Shown piece after piece: positions 1 through 10,058 of a stretch of 64,000 nt of DNA. Source of the DNA: a virus; the IMG/VR virus record IMGVR_UViG_3300044950_000375, positions 17,509-81,508 of that record. One strand, 5' to 3'. The notes under the pieces were generated by a model. That model worked only from the letters and a program-made list of their open reading frames with translations. It was not told where the DNA came from and made no database searches. The position numbers and the translations under genes are program-made. The first letter of the stretch is position 1, and each line of letters begins with the position of its first letter.

Positions 1-1
1 C

Positions 2-109
2 TGGCTGGTATTGCACTAGATCAAAGTGCTGTTGCACCAGGTGAGCAATAGCACCTTGTGTGAAATTGGGGTAGTCCTCCTCTAAATATAACAATTTAAT
101 TTTGGTCAT
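2..109 (-). CDS. Hypothetical protein, N-terminal part only (runs off the window start)
   Basis: ATG at 109 overlaps the end of the 96..1316 gene; the frame reads MTKIKLLYLEEDYPNFTQGAIAHLVQQHFDLVQYQP with no stop to the edge. Not in the ORF track. Confidence 0.6.
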   Translation of the reverse strand, partial: MTKIKLLYLEEDYPNFTQGAIAHLVQQHFDLVQYQP

Positions 110-1316
110 TGTGATAGTTTAAAATATCAGCCAATTCTGGTGCAACGTCACGCAAGTTTTGTTCTCGTTTGCGATCCAAGTCACGTATCTTCATGTTGGT
201 CATAAACCCATCAGTACTTGCACCATTATTCATAAAGTCAATAATGCGATTGAATTCTTCACGGTATTTAGATGGCACTGACGCCGAGCGCAAATGTTCT
301 GTAATTTGCGCCTTGGCCGAGTCTGGCAGTGTGGCAATTGAAAAATACCATGCGTCATGCATGATATTCCAGTACATAAAGTCAAACCGTTGCAGTGCTA
401 TCCAGTGTGCTAGTTGGTCAATATAACGCACATTAAACACATTGACGGTACTACAGCATTGTAAACGTAGGTTGGGCAGAGAATCTTTGAGATATTGAAA
501 ACTTGTAATGTTGTCCAGCACCACAGCCCAATCTGCATTGGTGCGTTGATATTCAAATCTTGCACCCACATCGTCAATTGAGAATGCTACTTCTACTGTT
601 TTAAAATGTCGCCAAATTTCTGGTCCGCGTGTGGGCCATTGTGTGCCATTTGTGTTGTAGTGTATTTCAACTTGATGTGCAATACCACGATCCACAATGC
701 CTTGCAACATATCAAAGTGTTCAGCAATCATAAATGGTTCACCACCGGTGAATTCAATGTAACGTATGTCATTTAAACAGGTGTCAATTTCTGTCCAAAA
801 TGATTGATTTTCTCTGGGCCAAGCGCCGGCACGAAGCATTTGATAGGGAAATGATTTCTTTTTGTCTTCATCAGGCGGCATATCATTGAGCTCTTCTGTG
901 GCAAATTGGCTTGATGACCATGATCCGCATATACGGCATTTTAAATTGCAGATGTTGCCCAGTTTTAAATCCAAGAACATTAAGGGCTTGGCGTCTGCGG
1001 TCCATTCACCTGATATGCCCATGTGCTTCATTCTGTCTAGTGTGTGCATGCGTTTTGACGTGCGTCCTGACCGTTCTTCCATCCAGCATTTTCTACAGGT
1101 CTGTGGTTTCTTGCCTGCTAAAAATTCTTCACGCAGTTCAGTCATTGCCCGAGAGTTTTGTATGCTTGCAAAGTCAGCTGTGAGCAATGAAAACTTTTCA
1201 CCGTTATCATCCGTCAGTTCGTCGTCGGCTAAACAACATGGGCGCACTGTGCCAATGGGCGAAGCTTCTAGGCTAACCCAGGGCAATACGCAAAATTTAT
1301 CGTGTGGTATGTTCAT
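96..1316 (-). CDS. Radical SAM protein with N-terminal twitch/SPASM-like domain
   Basis: CNLKCRIC (CxxxCxxC), FTGGEP, YNTNG and FSIDD motifs; N-terminal FCVLPW..VRPCC..CRKC cysteines. Confidence 0.9.
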   Translation of the reverse strand: MNIPHDKFCVLPWVSLEASPIGTVRPCCLADDELTDDNGEKFSLLTADFASIQNSRAMTELREEFLAGKKPQTCRKCWMEERSGRTSKRMHTLDRMKHMGISGEWTADAKPLMFLDLKLGNICNLKCRICGSWSSSQFATEELNDMPPDEDKKKSFPYQMLRAGAWPRENQSFWTEIDTCLNDIRYIEFTGGEPFMIAEHFDMLQGIVDRGIAHQVEIHYNTNGTQWPTRGPEIWRHFKTVEVAFSIDDVGARFEYQRTNADWAVVLDNITSFQYLKDSLPNLRLQCCSTVNVFNVRYIDQLAHWIALQRFDFMYWNIMHDAWYFSIATLPDSAKAQITEHLRSASVPSKYREEFNRIIDFMNNGASTDGFMTNMKIRDLDRKREQNLRDVAPELADILNYHNDQN

Positions 1317-2689
1317 AAGTTATATTTTTTAAATTCATCAACCAGCCAGGGAAATACTGTGGGCCAATGTGTGTTACGTCTGTGATCCATTGTATTTAAA
1401 AAATCAAACAACTCTCGTATTTGTTTTGGCTTGGGCCCACCATGTTTACTTTGTTTTGCTATGCCCACAAGATAGTGTTTGCTGGCAATCTCTTCTGGCG
1501 TTTGGGTGGGTTTTAAACTGATTGCAAGATCAAAGTCTTCACAAAATATATCTCCAAACAAATCAATAAACATGTGATCAGGACTGTTAACAGAGTTTTG
1601 ATAGTGATATACTTTTCTTTTAAGATTCCATTGATTTATCTTGTGCAACAAGTCTGGTAATGTCTTTACAGTTAACGGAGTCACAGTGGAAGAAACAATC
1701 AAATTGATCCAAGATTGATCCAGCAAATATTCAAAGTTTCTTTCCCATTCTTGTAAGTTTAAGGGATATCGCACATATTCCTGTGGTGCACCCCAACAGT
1801 CCAGGCTGGCAGTAATTTCAAATTCTCTAATGCTTCCACGGTCAATCAACTTGCGAACTCGTTGCACTATCTTTTGCAGGTATGGCAATCGAGCATTTAA
1901 ATTTGTAAACATTTGCAATTTAAGCTCAGGCGCTGGATACTGCTCAAATAATGTAAGGCATTGTTCTAACTCTGGCTGATACAGTGGTTCACCGCCCAGG
2001 ATGTTGAACACTGTGAGTGTATGCCCGTGCAGTTTCAACCATTCAAATAGTTTTTGTTTGTTGCTTTCGATGTTGGTGCTTTTGGCAAATGCAGGAATAC
2101 CATGCCGCACATTCTCAGCGTCCCATAAACTGCTAAAATGCGGGCCGCAATAAAGACATTTTAAATTACAAGCGTTGTCAAAATACACTTCTAGTATTCT
2201 GGGAGTAACATGTACTGCCACAGGATTCTGATCCAGTTCAGGTGGTGCATGTATACCGGGAAAATCCAAGTTTGTTATTCTATCACTTTGACCACCTGCT
2301 GCTTCAATGTCTTGACAGTAGGTGCATCCTTTTGCAGGCCATTTGCCGTCAAGCATTCTCATGCGATCATCTATTTTGGTAGCTGTGTTATGAAAATCAA
2401 AGTCAGAACCAAATTTATGCCCATTGGTTCTATGACAACTGGCAGTTTGATCAGTGGTTAAAAATATTGTACTCCAGGTCCATTTGAGTTGGCAAGCTGT
2501 GTTGCTCACAATGGGAAAACGTTTGTTAATCAATTTGGATTTGTTTTGAAAACTGACCGGAACATATCCAAATTGATTGATACATTCTGATTGAATTGAT
2601 TCTGGAAGTTGTGTGAAATTTTCTTCAGACTCGCAATCCGGCCACTGTGGGTCACGTACAGCTGAATAAAACTCTTTCCATGTGCTCAT
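1313..2689 (-). CDS. Radical SAM protein with N-terminal twitch-like domain and a short N-terminal extension
   Basis: CNLKCLYC, LGGEP, FTN and ASLD motifs; ACQLKW..SCH..CTYC upstream. Confidence 0.9.
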   Translation of the reverse strand: MSTWKEFYSAVRDPQWPDCESEENFTQLPESIQSECINQFGYVPVSFQNKSKLINKRFPIVSNTACQLKWTWSTIFLTTDQTASCHRTNGHKFGSDFDFHNTATKIDDRMRMLDGKWPAKGCTYCQDIEAAGGQSDRITNLDFPGIHAPPELDQNPVAVHVTPRILEVYFDNACNLKCLYCGPHFSSLWDAENVRHGIPAFAKSTNIESNKQKLFEWLKLHGHTLTVFNILGGEPLYQPELEQCLTLFEQYPAPELKLQMFTNLNARLPYLQKIVQRVRKLIDRGSIREFEITASLDCWGAPQEYVRYPLNLQEWERNFEYLLDQSWINLIVSSTVTPLTVKTLPDLLHKINQWNLKRKVYHYQNSVNSPDHMFIDLFGDIFCEDFDLAISLKPTQTPEEIASKHYLVGIAKQSKHGGPKPKQIRELFDFLNTMDHRRNTHWPTVFPWLVDEFKKYNL

Positions 2690-3945
2690 TTTAATGCTGC
2701 TAATTCTGGAATTGTATCCAGGATGTTTTCCGTTCGTATAGCATCAAGTTCGTTTGTTTTGCGCCAGAATGTATCTATTAGGTGTGTGTTGTCTGTGGCA
2801 TTCATAAAGGTAATAGCTGATTCAAAACCTTGTGTGGCACGATTTAAAGGGTCCTGCCCGTGAAGCCATTGGATATGACTTTGATACAGTGCTGTGAGTG
2901 AGTGTTTGTATTCAGCTGTGGCAATGTCTATTCTATAGTGTACAGGATCTTGCAGGATATTTACATTTAAATCCTGTGCGCGGATCAGACCTTTTTCCAC
3001 CCAGTCACGATGGAAATTGGGCAGGTGCCAGGCATTCATTATGCTCAAGGTAGGTGAAATGTAGAAATCCACTTCAGGGCACACACGCAACATATCACGT
3101 CTGTTCTGTTCTACTACGGCCCAGTCTGTGCCTTTTCTAATGTATTCGCCACGGCTACCCGATGCGTCTAGACTTGCACCCACTGCCACTGATCGAAACT
3201 GTTTCCAGTATTCAAATACACTATTGCCTTTTAAATCAGTGTGTGTGAAGTTTGTGTTGTAGATCAGTCGCACATCAAAGCGTTTGCGACGGACCAGCTC
3301 GTCTAGAATGCGGTAGTGTTCTTCCATCAACAGTGGCTCACCACCGGCAAAGTAGATTTGTTCTACATAATCCAAATGGGGCTCCAGTTGCGACCACATG
3401 TCTGTTTCCGTGCGGCCAGCATAGTTAAGAACTGTGTTGCGAGCTTTCCAGTCACCGCCTGCTAGTTTCACTTGATCTTGATACCATTGTGAGCTAAAGA
3501 TATGCCCACATGATCTACACTTTAAATTGCATAGGTTTGAAAAACGAATATCCCAGTAAGTCATTTCAAATGGATTTTCCGCCAGCTTCTTTATGTGATG
3601 TCCATGATGTTTGTTGGCTGACTTACGGCCTGAAAAGAATCCTGACTCTTCCTGCTCATAACAGCGTGTGCAGGCGGCGTGTGGCGTTTCGCTCAACATA
3701 TCTGCACGTAGTTTCTGCATGGGTGCATCCTGCCATATTTCTGCCAGTGTAGTTGTACGGCAATTGCCCACTATGCCTGGTTTCATTTCAGCATGGCAAC
3801 AGGGATATGCTTCGCCAGTGGGATAGGCGTGTAAATGAATCCAAGGATAGATGCAAAAGGTCTTGGACTCTTTTAATAAGAATTCTTCACGTTTTGTTAA
3901 TTCTGTGGGTCTTACTAGATCTGTTGAGTTGTAATTATAGCTCAT
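2686..3945 (-). CDS. Radical SAM protein with N-terminal twitch/SPASM-like domain
   Basis: CNLKCRSC, FAGGEP, YNTN and ASLD motifs; FCIYPW..AYPCC..CTRC. Confidence 0.9.
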   Translation of the reverse strand: MSYNYNSTDLVRPTELTKREEFLLKESKTFCIYPWIHLHAYPTGEAYPCCHAEMKPGIVGNCRTTTLAEIWQDAPMQKLRADMLSETPHAACTRCYEQEESGFFSGRKSANKHHGHHIKKLAENPFEMTYWDIRFSNLCNLKCRSCGHIFSSQWYQDQVKLAGGDWKARNTVLNYAGRTETDMWSQLEPHLDYVEQIYFAGGEPLLMEEHYRILDELVRRKRFDVRLIYNTNFTHTDLKGNSVFEYWKQFRSVAVGASLDASGSRGEYIRKGTDWAVVEQNRRDMLRVCPEVDFYISPTLSIMNAWHLPNFHRDWVEKGLIRAQDLNVNILQDPVHYRIDIATAEYKHSLTALYQSHIQWLHGQDPLNRATQGFESAITFMNATDNTHLIDTFWRKTNELDAIRTENILDTIPELAALK

Positions 3946-5266
3946 TGTACCATTCTATTAAGTTGGGAAACGCAGTACCAAAGTCTTTATTTCGTCGTTG
4001 ATCATATTGTGTATAAAACTGTTTAAAATCATTTAGCAGTTTGGGCATTTCAAATGCGTCTGAATGCGGAGTTTTCACTACATCTAAGTAATCAATTAAT
4101 CTTTGTAGATGATTGATCTCATGTTCGTGTAAGAATTCACTTTGGCTGTTTTGTGTGAGCCAAGTTTCTAATACTGTTTTGTAGTGTGTTTTTGATGCGT
4201 CTGGCAGTATCAGCGGGCTTTGAAATGATGGAAAGCGCAGAATATTTAATGTGAATGACACAGCATCGCGCCCGTATTCTGTTTTCCATTGCAGTATGCA
4301 TTCCAGCAATTGATCCAGGCTGTCCAGGCACAGTGCGTTAATGGTACACATCACATGTATGCCGCGGAACTGTCCAGAGTCTAGCAGTCTTTTGACAGTA
4401 TTAGCCCAACTGTCCCACTCGAGCCCGTCACGAATGTATTCGGCTTGCAGTCCGACTGCTTCATTTGAAGTGTACAAATCAATTGCCATGCCTTTTGTGC
4501 TTGAGAGCAAACGGTCGATGTCCACTTGTGATCCCAGGTTACTATTGATAGCCAAGCGTGTGCTACTCTTGCCTGAATTTGTTTTAAACCAGTCAATGAG
4601 CCGCCAGGTGTGAGCAGACATGAGGGGTTCTCCTCCGGTGATTCTGAGCTCTTGCAGTGTGCGATGCAGATCCGACTCCCACCACTTAAAAAATGCATCA
4701 ATGTAAGGATTGCTTTCTCCATAATCGTAAAGTTGTGCGTTAGCATGATCATGGGTAAAATGGTTGCGACCATCACTGACCAAGTTCTGGTAAGCTCCGT
4801 TGCGTCGGATGTCTTTAACCCATGTTGAACTGAAAGCTGGATTACAATAGCTACAAGCAAACTGACAAGTGCGATCAAAAGCGATCTCAAGAGTTCTAAG
4901 GTTGACGTCTTCAGTGTATGGTGTATTTCTAGCTTCATTTAGGGCCTCTATGGGATATATCTTTGATTTGTACACACGGTCACTCACAGCATCGCGACCC
5001 ATGTCTTCAATTTTCCAACAGTACTCGCAGCCAGGGGGACGCTCCCCTGCGATCATCTTGCGACGATCTTCTTTCTTTTGATCGGTATTGTGCAGCAGCC
5101 TAGAGTTGATACTGACTTTATCTTTGTCGATCAAATGGGCTGGCGGGTGATGACAACTTGTGGTCTGTCCACTTCCTAACCAAATGGTCGCGTTGTACCA
5201 TTTTGCTGCACAAAAACTGGCTGAGAGAGGGTCTAATACTGTGTGTTTGAATTCTAAATCATTCAT
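3935..5266 (-). CDS. Radical SAM protein with N-terminal twitch-like domain
   Basis: CQFACSYC, ITGGEP and INSN motifs; FCAAKW..SCHHP..CEYC. Confidence 0.9.
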   Translation of the reverse strand: MNDLEFKHTVLDPLSASFCAAKWYNATIWLGSGQTTSCHHPPAHLIDKDKVSINSRLLHNTDQKKEDRRKMIAGERPPGCEYCWKIEDMGRDAVSDRVYKSKIYPIEALNEARNTPYTEDVNLRTLEIAFDRTCQFACSYCNPAFSSTWVKDIRRNGAYQNLVSDGRNHFTHDHANAQLYDYGESNPYIDAFFKWWESDLHRTLQELRITGGEPLMSAHTWRLIDWFKTNSGKSSTRLAINSNLGSQVDIDRLLSSTKGMAIDLYTSNEAVGLQAEYIRDGLEWDSWANTVKRLLDSGQFRGIHVMCTINALCLDSLDQLLECILQWKTEYGRDAVSFTLNILRFPSFQSPLILPDASKTHYKTVLETWLTQNSQSEFLHEHEINHLQRLIDYLDVVKTPHSDAFEMPKLLNDFKQFYTQYDQRRNKDFGTAFPNLIEWYNEL

Positions 5267-6321
5267 TTGTTTGAGTTGATAAATTGAAAGAATCTCGCGG
5301 GCAACTGGTCCATGTGCTGACGAGCAAACTCTTGAAGATGCTGTTGATTGTATTTACAAATGGATTCCGCTGCCTGGACAAAAGCCCCAAGGTCTTGACT
5401 GCACAGGTCCTGGATAGTGTGGACCATGCGATCCATGCGATCTTGGTTGTTATCTAACTGATCAAATGTTTCATCAATCAAACTGTGAAACGTTTGGAAC
5501 CCAAGGTCACGCAGATCACGATAGAATCCGTAATTGGCCACAGCAACAAACGGGTGGCCAATAGCAAGTGGTTTACACATTTTTTCTGAAAACAAACTCC
5601 ACGGATAGTTATAAACAGTTTCTGTAACTACTGAAAAATAAGTGTCAATATATGGCTCAGGTTTAATGTAAATTTCTCCCCATTCGTTATTGAACAATTG
5701 TGCTTTTACATACCCTGATTCCACAGCAGTGCCGTGATATCTATCAACTTCGTAATAGGCAGGCAACAATCGAATTGGCCTTAGATGATCATCAAGATTG
5801 GTCCACAGAGCACCATCAAGCAGGCCCAATTGCTCCAGCTGATTTAGTATAGCACATCTATGCGGTCGACCGCGACCATTTAGGCACAAAAAAGAATAGG
5901 GTTTTGTGAGTTTGGAAAAGATTTCGGGTGTGCGTTTGCAGGCTTCTTTATTTTCTTCATATCTAAAAGGTTGTGTTAGAAAATGTTCAAACAGCATGCA
6001 ATTGTATTCAGGAGGCATGCGACCACCACCTATCAGTTGAATTTGGCCGCCAAGCACCAGATCTTCAACGCCATATTTTCTTAGGTGCCATAATAAAGTT
6101 TCTGAACCTTCTGCAGGATTGGCAAATATAATTTGACATTGCTCACACATGCTTCTCACACGATGGCCGTTCAGTCGCAGTTGCTCACGACCTATCAAAT
6201 ACGTGGCTCCAGGCACCACAGGTAGTTTTTCAAATTCATAATACAATTCGTCAGCGTAAGGGTGCAAAAACTCAGTGAGCTCAGTGCAAGCGTCAAGATA
6301 AAACATTAACGGTGACTCCAA
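5263..6321 (-). CDS. Putative glycosyltransferase-like protein (GT10-like C-terminus)
   Basis: FLCLNGRGRPHR, SVVTET and FSEKMCKPLAIGHPF resemble the TEK..KP..P motif of GT10-like phage proteins. Confidence 0.5.
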   Translation of the reverse strand: MESPLMFYLDACTELTEFLHPYADELYYEFEKLPVVPGATYLIGREQLRLNGHRVRSMCEQCQIIFANPAEGSETLLWHLRKYGVEDLVLGGQIQLIGGGRMPPEYNCMLFEHFLTQPFRYEENKEACKRTPEIFSKLTKPYSFLCLNGRGRPHRCAILNQLEQLGLLDGALWTNLDDHLRPIRLLPAYYEVDRYHGTAVESGYVKAQLFNNEWGEIYIKPEPYIDTYFSVVTETVYNYPWSLFSEKMCKPLAIGHPFVAVANYGFYRDLRDLGFQTFHSLIDETFDQLDNNQDRMDRMVHTIQDLCSQDLGAFVQAAESICKYNQQHLQEFARQHMDQLPARFFQFINSNK

Positions 6322-7703
6322 TATTCACATTCTGCCCACCATGACTTCATTTCGGGAAAGGTTTTTAAAAAGTCAGTGCCTCTGCGTCGATCGTGTTCCT
6401 GAAAGAATCTATAAAAGTCTGCCTTGGCTTGGGAATGATCTTTGTCCTGCCCTGCTCGCATCCACGCAATATCTCTATCCAACCGTGCTATTTCGTAGTC
6501 TTTGAATCCGTGGAATGGATCTTCGGGGGTTTCACTCTGTCGTATCATCCAGGCCCACAAGTGTTCCAGCCGGTCGGCATAGGCTTCAGGTAGGATTTGC
6601 AAGCTCTGCCAAGCAGGTTCACGCAGTACAGGTGTGTCAAACCACACACGCTGATAGGTCCGTGAGTATGTGTTACGCAAGCCCAAGATGCCAGCAAACA
6701 AGTTTTCCAAGCTGGTCACTGATAAGTTGTTCATAGTAACAATAAATGTTAAGCTATTGTAACTAGGCACTTCTGTTAGGAATTGATTTACTCTATCCCA
6801 TAGCAGGTCAAAATCAAGTCCGTGGCGCATGTATTCTGCTTGTGAGCCCCATCCGTCTAAGCTCACATACTGCATGAAATGTTCGATACGCCCATCGCAT
6901 AGTTGTTTCACATAGCCCAGATATTTTTGCCATGACTTTTCATCCACAGAGAAGTTTGATGTAACATTCAAATGCAGTTTGGCAGACGGATTGGCCAACA
7001 CATGATCAAACACTCTATATGTGTTTTTATCTAGCAGGGGTTCCCCGCCTGTCATGCGGAAGTGTACAAGCTCGGGATACAGAGTAGGCCACCACTCCCA
7101 GAATGCTTCTACATAAGGGTTATGCTCTCTAACCGGTATAACCCGGCGATCTCCACCAAAATGCCCAGGATCATTGTGAACACGAGCAGTAGGGTAGCCG
7201 CCCGATCGGTCCACTTCTTGTTGCCAGCTGCTAGAGAATTGCGGACTGCAATAACTGCACATGAGATTACACACATTATTAAAATTAACCTCAACGTAGC
7301 TAGGGATAACGTCATTTTCTTCTCCTGTAGAGTTCTGGATCTGTGCAAAGTCCACAGCGGCCCAGGGCTCGCCTGATCGATAGTGTCTATCACTCAGTTT
7401 GTTTTCTGCTTCCATGTTCCAGCAGTATTCACACTCTGCGGGCTTTTCGTTCTGTAGCATCATCACACGTTGCGCTTTCTTGTGCGGTGTGTTGTGCAAG
7501 GATCCAGGATTGGCTGCAAGATTTTCCACAGGTATCTTGTGCAGTGGCGGATGGTAACAGGAGTTGTTGAGTCCTGTGGGCAAGTGCAGGCTGACCTGTT
7601 TCCATTTAGCAAGACACAGCGCAGGTCCTAGATTCTCTTTCATCTGTTCAGCAGAGTTTAAGAAACGACTTTTGTTGTCTACTGTTTCGTCGCCTTTGTT
7701 CAT
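6306..7703 (-). CDS. Radical SAM protein with N-terminal twitch-like domain
   Basis: CNLMCSYC, MTGGEP, TSN and VSLD motifs; LCLAKW..SCYHP..CEYC; clear paralog of 3935..5266. Confidence 0.9.
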   Translation of the reverse strand: MNKGDETVDNKSRFLNSAEQMKENLGPALCLAKWKQVSLHLPTGLNNSCYHPPLHKIPVENLAANPGSLHNTPHKKAQRVMMLQNEKPAECEYCWNMEAENKLSDRHYRSGEPWAAVDFAQIQNSTGEENDVIPSYVEVNFNNVCNLMCSYCSPQFSSSWQQEVDRSGGYPTARVHNDPGHFGGDRRVIPVREHNPYVEAFWEWWPTLYPELVHFRMTGGEPLLDKNTYRVFDHVLANPSAKLHLNVTSNFSVDEKSWQKYLGYVKQLCDGRIEHFMQYVSLDGWGSQAEYMRHGLDFDLLWDRVNQFLTEVPSYNSLTFIVTMNNLSVTSLENLFAGILGLRNTYSRTYQRVWFDTPVLREPAWQSLQILPEAYADRLEHLWAWMIRQSETPEDPFHGFKDYEIARLDRDIAWMRAGQDKDHSQAKADFYRFFQEHDRRRGTDFLKTFPEMKSWWAECEYWSHR

Positions 7704-8251
7704 ATTGTCAATAGTTGTTGTTTGTAAAGATCATCAATTGGTGCCTCAGCACCATAGTTTTCATAGCAATCCCATGCAAAATCAAACCAGAAATTTTTAA
7801 TATCCAATTCTTTGCGCATGATGTCACCAAAGGGTGTGGTATCTGTAGCAATGTCAATTAGTACATCGCAGTCCCAGTCTTGTGTTTTATAGTAGTCTTG
7901 ATGCCACACAATCATGTCAAACATATGAGATACTTGTTGTTGTTGACTGCAAGGCTGCCAATGATATTTCATTTCTACTTCCCATTCTCTACAAAGACTT
8001 GGTTTCAAATCAAATTTAATTTTTCTTATTTCGTGACCTGGCCATAATCGCTTGATGTTGGCAGTGTTTAATGTATGAGTTATTTGTATTGTATTAACGT
8101 CAAACAATTGAGTTGTAATACAAGTATCCAATGCATATCGTATGGGCATGGAATCATTGTGCATGTGAGCACCACGTTTGCCAAAAAATCGATTTTGCAA
8201 AAACAATTTGTAACGATGGCCTCCGCTGCCCGGATAAAATCCAACAATCAT
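7700..8251 (-). CDS. Hypothetical protein, possible sulfotransferase/P-loop-like fold
   Basis: N-terminal IVGFYPGSGGH loop; overlaps both neighbours by 4 nt. Confidence 0.45.
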   Translation of the reverse strand: MIVGFYPGSGGHRYKLFLQNRFFGKRGAHMHNDSMPIRYALDTCITTQLFDVNTIQITHTLNTANIKRLWPGHEIRKIKFDLKPSLCREWEVEMKYHWQPCSQQQQVSHMFDMIVWHQDYYKTQDWDCDVLIDIATDTTPFGDIMRKELDIKNFWFDFAWDCYENYGAEAPIDDLYKQQLLTI

Positions 8252-9339
8252 AGATTGCCTTTGAGATCACTGTTTAACAGTTTTTGTTGAGAAATGTCTG
8301 CATAAGTTAGTGTGTTGCCGTGATTGTGTGTCCAAGCACTGTGCTCAATCAGTGCTTTATGATTCATTTGGTCTGCTGTGTAAGGCAAAGCATATGAACT
8401 GGGATTGATTTGTGTCCATTTATTGTAGTATTCAAGGCAGGCTGGTGAATTGGCAATCAACTGTGTTTTTTGTTGCAGTGTATGAAGCTTGATTGGTACT
8501 CCAGAAACCAGTATGCCCTGATCTTGAAGATCCTGAATAGCTATTCTACAACGAGTATAAAGATCAATATTGCTAGACATAAATTCTTTTTCTTCATTGG
8601 AGAACACATGATCAAAAGGCACCAAGCTCAGCAAAAAGTGCATGCGATTCCAATCAGTCCAGGTAATATCCCAACGATCATGCCAGGTCCGACCTGGCAT
8701 GGGTTTTTGAAAAACTCTTAGGTTCAAAATATACTGCTCAAGATCAGCAAGATCTCTTTCATATTCAAAATAACTGTTGACTTGAAAGTGACGGTCTACC
8801 CATTCCATGTACTCCTGATACTGATTTAGATATTTTTCAATCATTTCTGCTTGCACAGTTACTGGATTGGATAAAATTTTGTTGTAGATTGTGTGTTTTT
8901 CTTCAAACGAGTAAACGTTTAGTTTTTTAGCTTCCACTGCAATGCACCAACTCATTACATGTTCAAACAAATTCTTTCGACGAGCTGCAATAATATAAAA
9001 GTTTTCATTGAGGTATTTGTAAAACGCCAGTTGATCGTTTGTGCTGTCTTGACGCTTCTTTAGGTGATAATGTGCCAGACGACTCACAATATCGTGATCA
9101 CAGTTATCAATCATACCAGTTATGGTTTGCAAAGTTTGATGGTAGCCCCAGCCGTCTTGTTTTTTGCCTATAACTGATTGGTTGAACGTTTCGTTGTGAT
9201 AACTTACTAGGCCGTTGGTCAACTCATGCAGATTAATTGTTAGTGGATTGTAGTTTTCATTGATGTTTGCATAGATTGTGATCAATCGTTGCAATAATGT
9301 TGACCCCACTCGATCCGGAGTAAGTATTAGAACATTCAT
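8248..9339 (-). CDS. Sulfotransferase-like (P-loop) protein
   Basis: ILTPDRVGSTLL resembles the 5'-PSB loop (xxRSGST); later RRKNLFEHVMSW and YE motifs. Confidence 0.55.
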   Translation of the reverse strand: MNVLILTPDRVGSTLLQRLITIYANINENYNPLTINLHELTNGLVSYHNETFNQSVIGKKQDGWGYHQTLQTITGMIDNCDHDIVSRLAHYHLKKRQDSTNDQLAFYKYLNENFYIIAARRKNLFEHVMSWCIAVEAKKLNVYSFEEKHTIYNKILSNPVTVQAEMIEKYLNQYQEYMEWVDRHFQVNSYFEYERDLADLEQYILNLRVFQKPMPGRTWHDRWDITWTDWNRMHFLLSLVPFDHVFSNEEKEFMSSNIDLYTRCRIAIQDLQDQGILVSGVPIKLHTLQQKTQLIANSPACLEYYNKWTQINPSSYALPYTADQMNHKALIEHSAWTHNHGNTLTYADISQQKLLNSDLKGNL

Positions 9340-9345
9340 TAAAAA

Positions 9346-9353
9346 TATTTATG
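9346..9353 (-). promoter_or_regulatory. Late-promoter-like box (CATAAATA)
   Basis: Minus strand reads CATAAATA 6 nt before the ATG at 9339. Confidence 0.45.
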
Positions 9354-10058
9354 TACCTAGATTTTGTTTCTCAAAAGATCAACATTCCATTTTATGCCAA
9401 TTTACAGACTGACATCCTGGGCATGGACAGCAAACAGCACTGCTTAAACGCAGAACTATTTAATGCTTGGCCCTTAATAACTTATCAATTCAATCAAGTG
9501 GGATTTCGCACTCACAGCATTGACAAATTTGATCCTAACGCAGTTTTAGTGCTAGGCGATAGTTTTACGCTTGGCCTAGGGGTCAATAGTGCTGATCGTT
9601 TTTCAGACATCATTGAACAGCGTATAAAACATCAGGTGCTAAACTTCAGTTTAAATGGGGCAAGCAATGATTGGATTGCGCGAAAACTCCAACAACTATT
9701 GACCGTGTTTCAACCAAGAGCTATTGTTGTACATTATACATTCAGTCATCGCAGAGAACGACCTAATTTGGATTGGTTAGACGACGAGCGCACTGAATGT
9801 GAACCATTTTATTCATCTCAAGAAAATTTTGATAACTGGGCCGCAAACTTTAACAATATTTGTAGTATGACCAAGCATGTTGCATTAATTCATAGCTTTA
9901 TACCAAACTGGCATGATCACACTGTGAACTATTCTAATTTTGGACTCAATGTACTAACACCACAACATCAAATTGATCATGCTCGTGACGGATTTCATTA
10001 CGGGCCGCTTACACATCAACTGTTGGCTGATAAAATTACCAGCCTTCTTGCTGCCTAA
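9351..10058 (+). CDS. SGNH/GDSL hydrolase-like protein
   Basis: LGDSFTLG (block I), NFSLNGASN (block II), DGFHYG (DxxH, block V). Confidence 0.7.
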   Translation: MYLDFVSQKINIPFYANLQTDILGMDSKQHCLNAELFNAWPLITYQFNQVGFRTHSIDKFDPNAVLVLGDSFTLGLGVNSADRFSDIIEQRIKHQVLNFSLNGASNDWIARKLQQLLTVFQPRAIVVHYTFSHRRERPNLDWLDDERTECEPFYSSQENFDNWAANFNNICSMTKHVALIHSFIPNWHDHTVNYSNFGLNVLTPQHQIDHARDGFHYGPLTHQLLADKITSLLAA

